Part shown: positions 61,498-64,000 of the stretch, piece after piece | How positions within the stretch are numbered: position 1 is the stretch's first letter | Layout: every line of letters begins with the position of its first letter | Source of the DNA: Ignavibacteria bacterium | Lineage (GTDB): Bacteria; Bacteroidota; Ignavibacteria; Tepidaquicellales; OLB5 | DNA length: 64,000 nt | Direction of reading: 5' to 3' | Assembly (NCBI GenBank): GCA_041859235.1 | Contig: JBHEKV010000060.1 | Location: 4,884 to 68,883 of the forward strand | Program-made: the position numbers and the translations under genes | The notes under the pieces: model-generated | Databases searched by the model: none | Told to the model about the DNA's origin: nothing | What the model saw: the letters and a program-made list of their open reading frames with translations, nothing else

Positions 61498-63195
61498 TCA
61501 GTTTACGCTTGCATCATCAAAGCTCTCAAGCCAGTTATCAATAACACCCATAAATGACTTTAAACATCCGTCTTCGAATGGTGAAATCAGATTAGCGGTA
61601 TTAACAAGACCTAAAAATGACTGGCTGCCGCCGGCTTTGCAAAGCCTCAAATAATCTTCAAGCGCCTGTTCTCTGTTCTCGTTTGATTTCTTCCAGAACT
61701 GGAATGCGCATATCTGAGCCAGGCAATAATCTATATAGTAAAATGGACTCATATAGATGTGTCTTTGCTGCTGCCATCTGCCGCCCTTTTCGAGGAATTC
61801 ATTATTATCATAATCTATATAAGGCAGGTATTTCTTTTCAATATCAAGCCAAGCCTGTTTTCTTTCAGCAGGTGTAGCATCTGGGTTATCATAAACCCAA
61901 TGCTGGAATTCATCTACTGATACTCCATACGGAATAAAAATAACTGATCCTTTTAAATGTGAATATTTGAATTTGTCTGTCTGGTCTTTGAAGAAGCAGT
62001 TCATCCAGGGCCATGTTAAGAACTCCATACTCATAGAGTGTATCTCGCATGCCTCTGACGTGGGGAAGAAATACTCGGGAATTTCAAAATTGCGGCTGGA
62101 ATAAGCCTGGAAGGCATGTCCAGCTTCATGGGTCAGTACTTCTATATCACCCATTGTACCGTTGAAGTTTGAAAATATGAACGGTGATTTATATTTTTCA
62201 ATGAATGTACAGTAACCGCCTGTATCTTTACCCTTTTTGTTCACCAGGTCCATCATTTCATTATCAAGCATGAAGTTAAAGAACTCGTTGGTTTCCGGTG
62301 AAAGCTCTGAATACATGTTTTTGGCGCAGCTTACTATCCAGTCAGGTGAGCCGTGCGGTTTGGCGTTGCCTGATTTGTAATCAAGCGGCTGATCGTAATA
62401 CTTGAATGATTCCAGCCCAAGCCTCTTCTGCTGCTTCTGTTTAAGCTTGACGGCTATTGGTACAATTGTTTCGAGAACCTGGTCACGGAAATTTTTCACC
62501 ATCTCAGCGTTATAATCCGTTCTGCCCATTCTGTCGTAACCCATTTGCACAAAATTCTTATAGCCAAGTTTTTTAGCCATTCTTGCTCTTATTTTTACAA
62601 GTTCATCATATAGCCTGTCGAATTCCTCTTCGTTATCCGCAAAGAATTTCCATTTTGCTTCATTGGCTGCTTTTCTCAGGTCCCTGTCGGTTGATTCCAT
62701 ATACGGGATCAATCCCTGCAGGTTCTTTTCTTCGCCGTCAAAAAAAATCTTGGCTGAAGCAAGAAGTTTTGAGTAATCCGTTCTTAATTCATTTTCTTTC
62801 TTGAGGTCTTCGAGTATTTCGGGTGAAAAGGTCCTTAATGTAACTTCGGCAACATCAAAAAGCTGTTTGCCCCACTTTTTTTCAAGCTCAGTGCGGAATT
62901 TTGAGTTTACAATTGCAGTATAATATTTATGAACAAGGCCGTCAAACACGGGTGAATTTGCGTCATAAAAATTCTGCTCTTCTTCAAACTCTTTATCGTT
63001 GGTATCAATTGAGTATTTTATACTTGCAATGGTACCAAGGGTCTGGAATTCCATTCTGAGGTCATTGATATTCCTTATCAGCGCATCCTGTTCATCAAAG
63101 CTTTCAGCTTTTTGGAACAAATTCACTAGGTGCTCAAATTTCTCTGAAATGACTGAAACATTCGGGCGTTTGTACTCTATTTCACTAAATTTCAT
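61498..63195 (-). CDS. pepF: Oligoendopeptidase F (M3B metallopeptidase)
   Basis: HEAGHAF zinc motif (HExxH) with a downstream E (SEACEIHS). Size and N-terminal helical domain are typical of PepF. Confidence 0.9.
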   Translation of the reverse strand: MKFSEIEYKRPNVSVISEKFEHLVNLFQKAESFDEQDALIRNINDLRMEFQTLGTIASIKYSIDTNDKEFEEEQNFYDANSPVFDGLVHKYYTAIVNSKFRTELEKKWGKQLFDVAEVTLRTFSPEILEDLKKENELRTDYSKLLASAKIFFDGEEKNLQGLIPYMESTDRDLRKAANEAKWKFFADNEEEFDRLYDELVKIRARMAKKLGYKNFVQMGYDRMGRTDYNAEMVKNFRDQVLETIVPIAVKLKQKQQKRLGLESFKYYDQPLDYKSGNAKPHGSPDWIVSCAKNMYSELSPETNEFFNFMLDNEMMDLVNKKGKDTGGYCTFIEKYKSPFIFSNFNGTMGDIEVLTHEAGHAFQAYSSRNFEIPEYFFPTSEACEIHSMSMEFLTWPWMNCFFKDQTDKFKYSHLKGSVIFIPYGVSVDEFQHWVYDNPDATPAERKQAWLDIEKKYLPYIDYDNNEFLEKGGRWQQQRHIYMSPFYYIDYCLAQICAFQFWKKSNENREQALEDYLRLCKAGGSQSFLGLVNTANLISPFEDGCLKSFMGVIDNWLESFDDASVN

Positions 63196-63305
63196 TTGTA
63201 TTGATATGTATTAAATTTTTCGAAATAATAATCACGTAATTTAATAAAGTTTACATTTAATTTATACAGAAAAGTTAAGATTTTTAGTAGTATGTTTGGT
63301 TAACA

Positions 63306-64000
63306 TTAAGCCTTACCGCCTGATTGCCTTTTTTGAGCGGATAGTACTGTCTTCCTTAACCTTATATTCTTAGGTGTAACTTCAACTATTTCATCATCAT
63401 TTATGAACTCGATCGCTTTTTCAAGTGTCATCGGCGCAACCGGTGTAAGGATAATACTTTCATCCTTGCTTGAAGCACGCATATTTGAAAGCTTTTTGGG
63501 TTTCGTAGCGTTCACATTCAGGTCATTATCCCTGTTATGTTCGCCAACTATCATGCCTTCATATACCGCTTCGCCGGGTGAACAGAAGAGCGTTCCGCGC
63601 GGCTCGAGGTTAAACAGCGCATAACCCGTGGTTTCACCCTGCCTGTCGGATATCAGCGAACCGGTGGTTCTTATCGGGAAATCGCCGCGGTATTCTTCGT
63701 AGCTTTCCAGGTATGAATTCATTATACCGGTACCCTTTGTATCGGTCAGAAATTCATTCCTGTAGCCTATCAATCCGCGTGACGGGATAGTAAATTCAAG
63801 CCTTACCCTGCCTGTGCCGTGGTTCACCAGGTTCACCATTCTGCCTTTGCGCTGCGAAAGTTTATCGGTTACAACACCAACAAAACTCTCTTCACAATCT
63901 ATGAATAAATGTTCTATCGGTTCCACTTTTTTGCCGTCTTTTTCTTTGTATATTACATGCGGTCTGCCCACAGACATTTCGTAGCCTTCCCTGCGCAGTG
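63306..64000 (-). CDS. typA: Translational GTPase TypA/BipA, C-terminal part (gene runs off the window end)
   Basis: ..LRREGYEMSVGRPHVIYKEKDGKKVEPIEHLFIDCEE..GVVTDKLSQRKGRM.. is the BipA domain III-V plus C-terminal domain pattern. The reading frame stays open to position 64000. Confidence 0.9.
   Translation of the reverse strand, partial: LRREGYEMSVGRPHVIYKEKDGKKVEPIEHLFIDCEESFVGVVTDKLSQRKGRMVNLVNHGTGRVRLEFTIPSRGLIGYRNEFLTDTKGTGIMNSYLESYEEYRGDFPIRTTGSLISDRQGETTGYALFNLEPRGTLFCSPGEAVYEGMIVGEHNRDNDLNVNATKPKKLSNMRASSKDESIILTPVAPMTLEKAIEFINDDEIVEVTPKNIRLRKTVLSAQKRQSGGKA

Overview
64-kb low-GC chromosomal segment, probably from an Ignavibacteria-like member of the FCB group. This is an inference from four secreted proteins ending in the T9SS C-terminal sorting domain (..NYPNPFNP.T.I.Y..) and from intergenic 'ATGTC + hairpin' mini-repeats. 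I can support 65 protein-coding genes, including one 58-aa gene missing from the ORF track and two genes truncated by the window edges. I also support 2 tRNA genes (Leu-UAG, Pro-GGG) and several intrinsic terminators. I saw no rRNA, CRISPR array, transposase, integrase or phage genes, so this reads as core or shell chromosome rather than a mobile island. Gene order, left to right: split pntAA-pntAB-pntB transhydrogenase operon; a 1.67-kb gene-free hairpin-rich region; DAACS symporter; P-type ATPase coupled to prolyl oligopeptidase; a minus-strand operon of class III cyclase, two GNATs and DUF3667; ECF sigma, putative anti-sigma and a retropepsin-like protein; an outer-membrane beta-barrel/TolB-like cluster; a long plus-strand run from a MarR regulator through YceI, pirin, nitroreductase, PIG-L deacetylase, VOC dioxygenase, GrpB-GNAT fusion, GH26-like hydrolase and a kinase; a DUF5674-like gene pair; acyl-CoA carboxyltransferase; clpX; the tRNA region; a MerR-like regulator; gltX; two BNR-propeller T9SS paralogs; PrsW; a 7-gene glycosyltransferase/flippase cluster running into nadD-lysC-dapB; then a tightly packed minus-strand run of pepF, six unknown or poorly characterised genes, an extended ECF sigma and a beta-helix T9SS protein; and typA. 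I found no clear complete novel system. The items most worth a second look are: (1) two tandem 84-bp T-arm-less tRNA-Leu look-alikes fused head-to-tail to a real tRNA-Leu; (2) a tandem double-hairpin array whose stems change sequence but keep pairing, inside the gene-free region; (3) the translationally coupled unknown-function operon ending in an ECF sigma with a Cys-motif C-terminal extension; (4) the cyclase-GNAT-GNAT-DUF3667 operon. All functional calls come from motif recognition by eye, not database searches.
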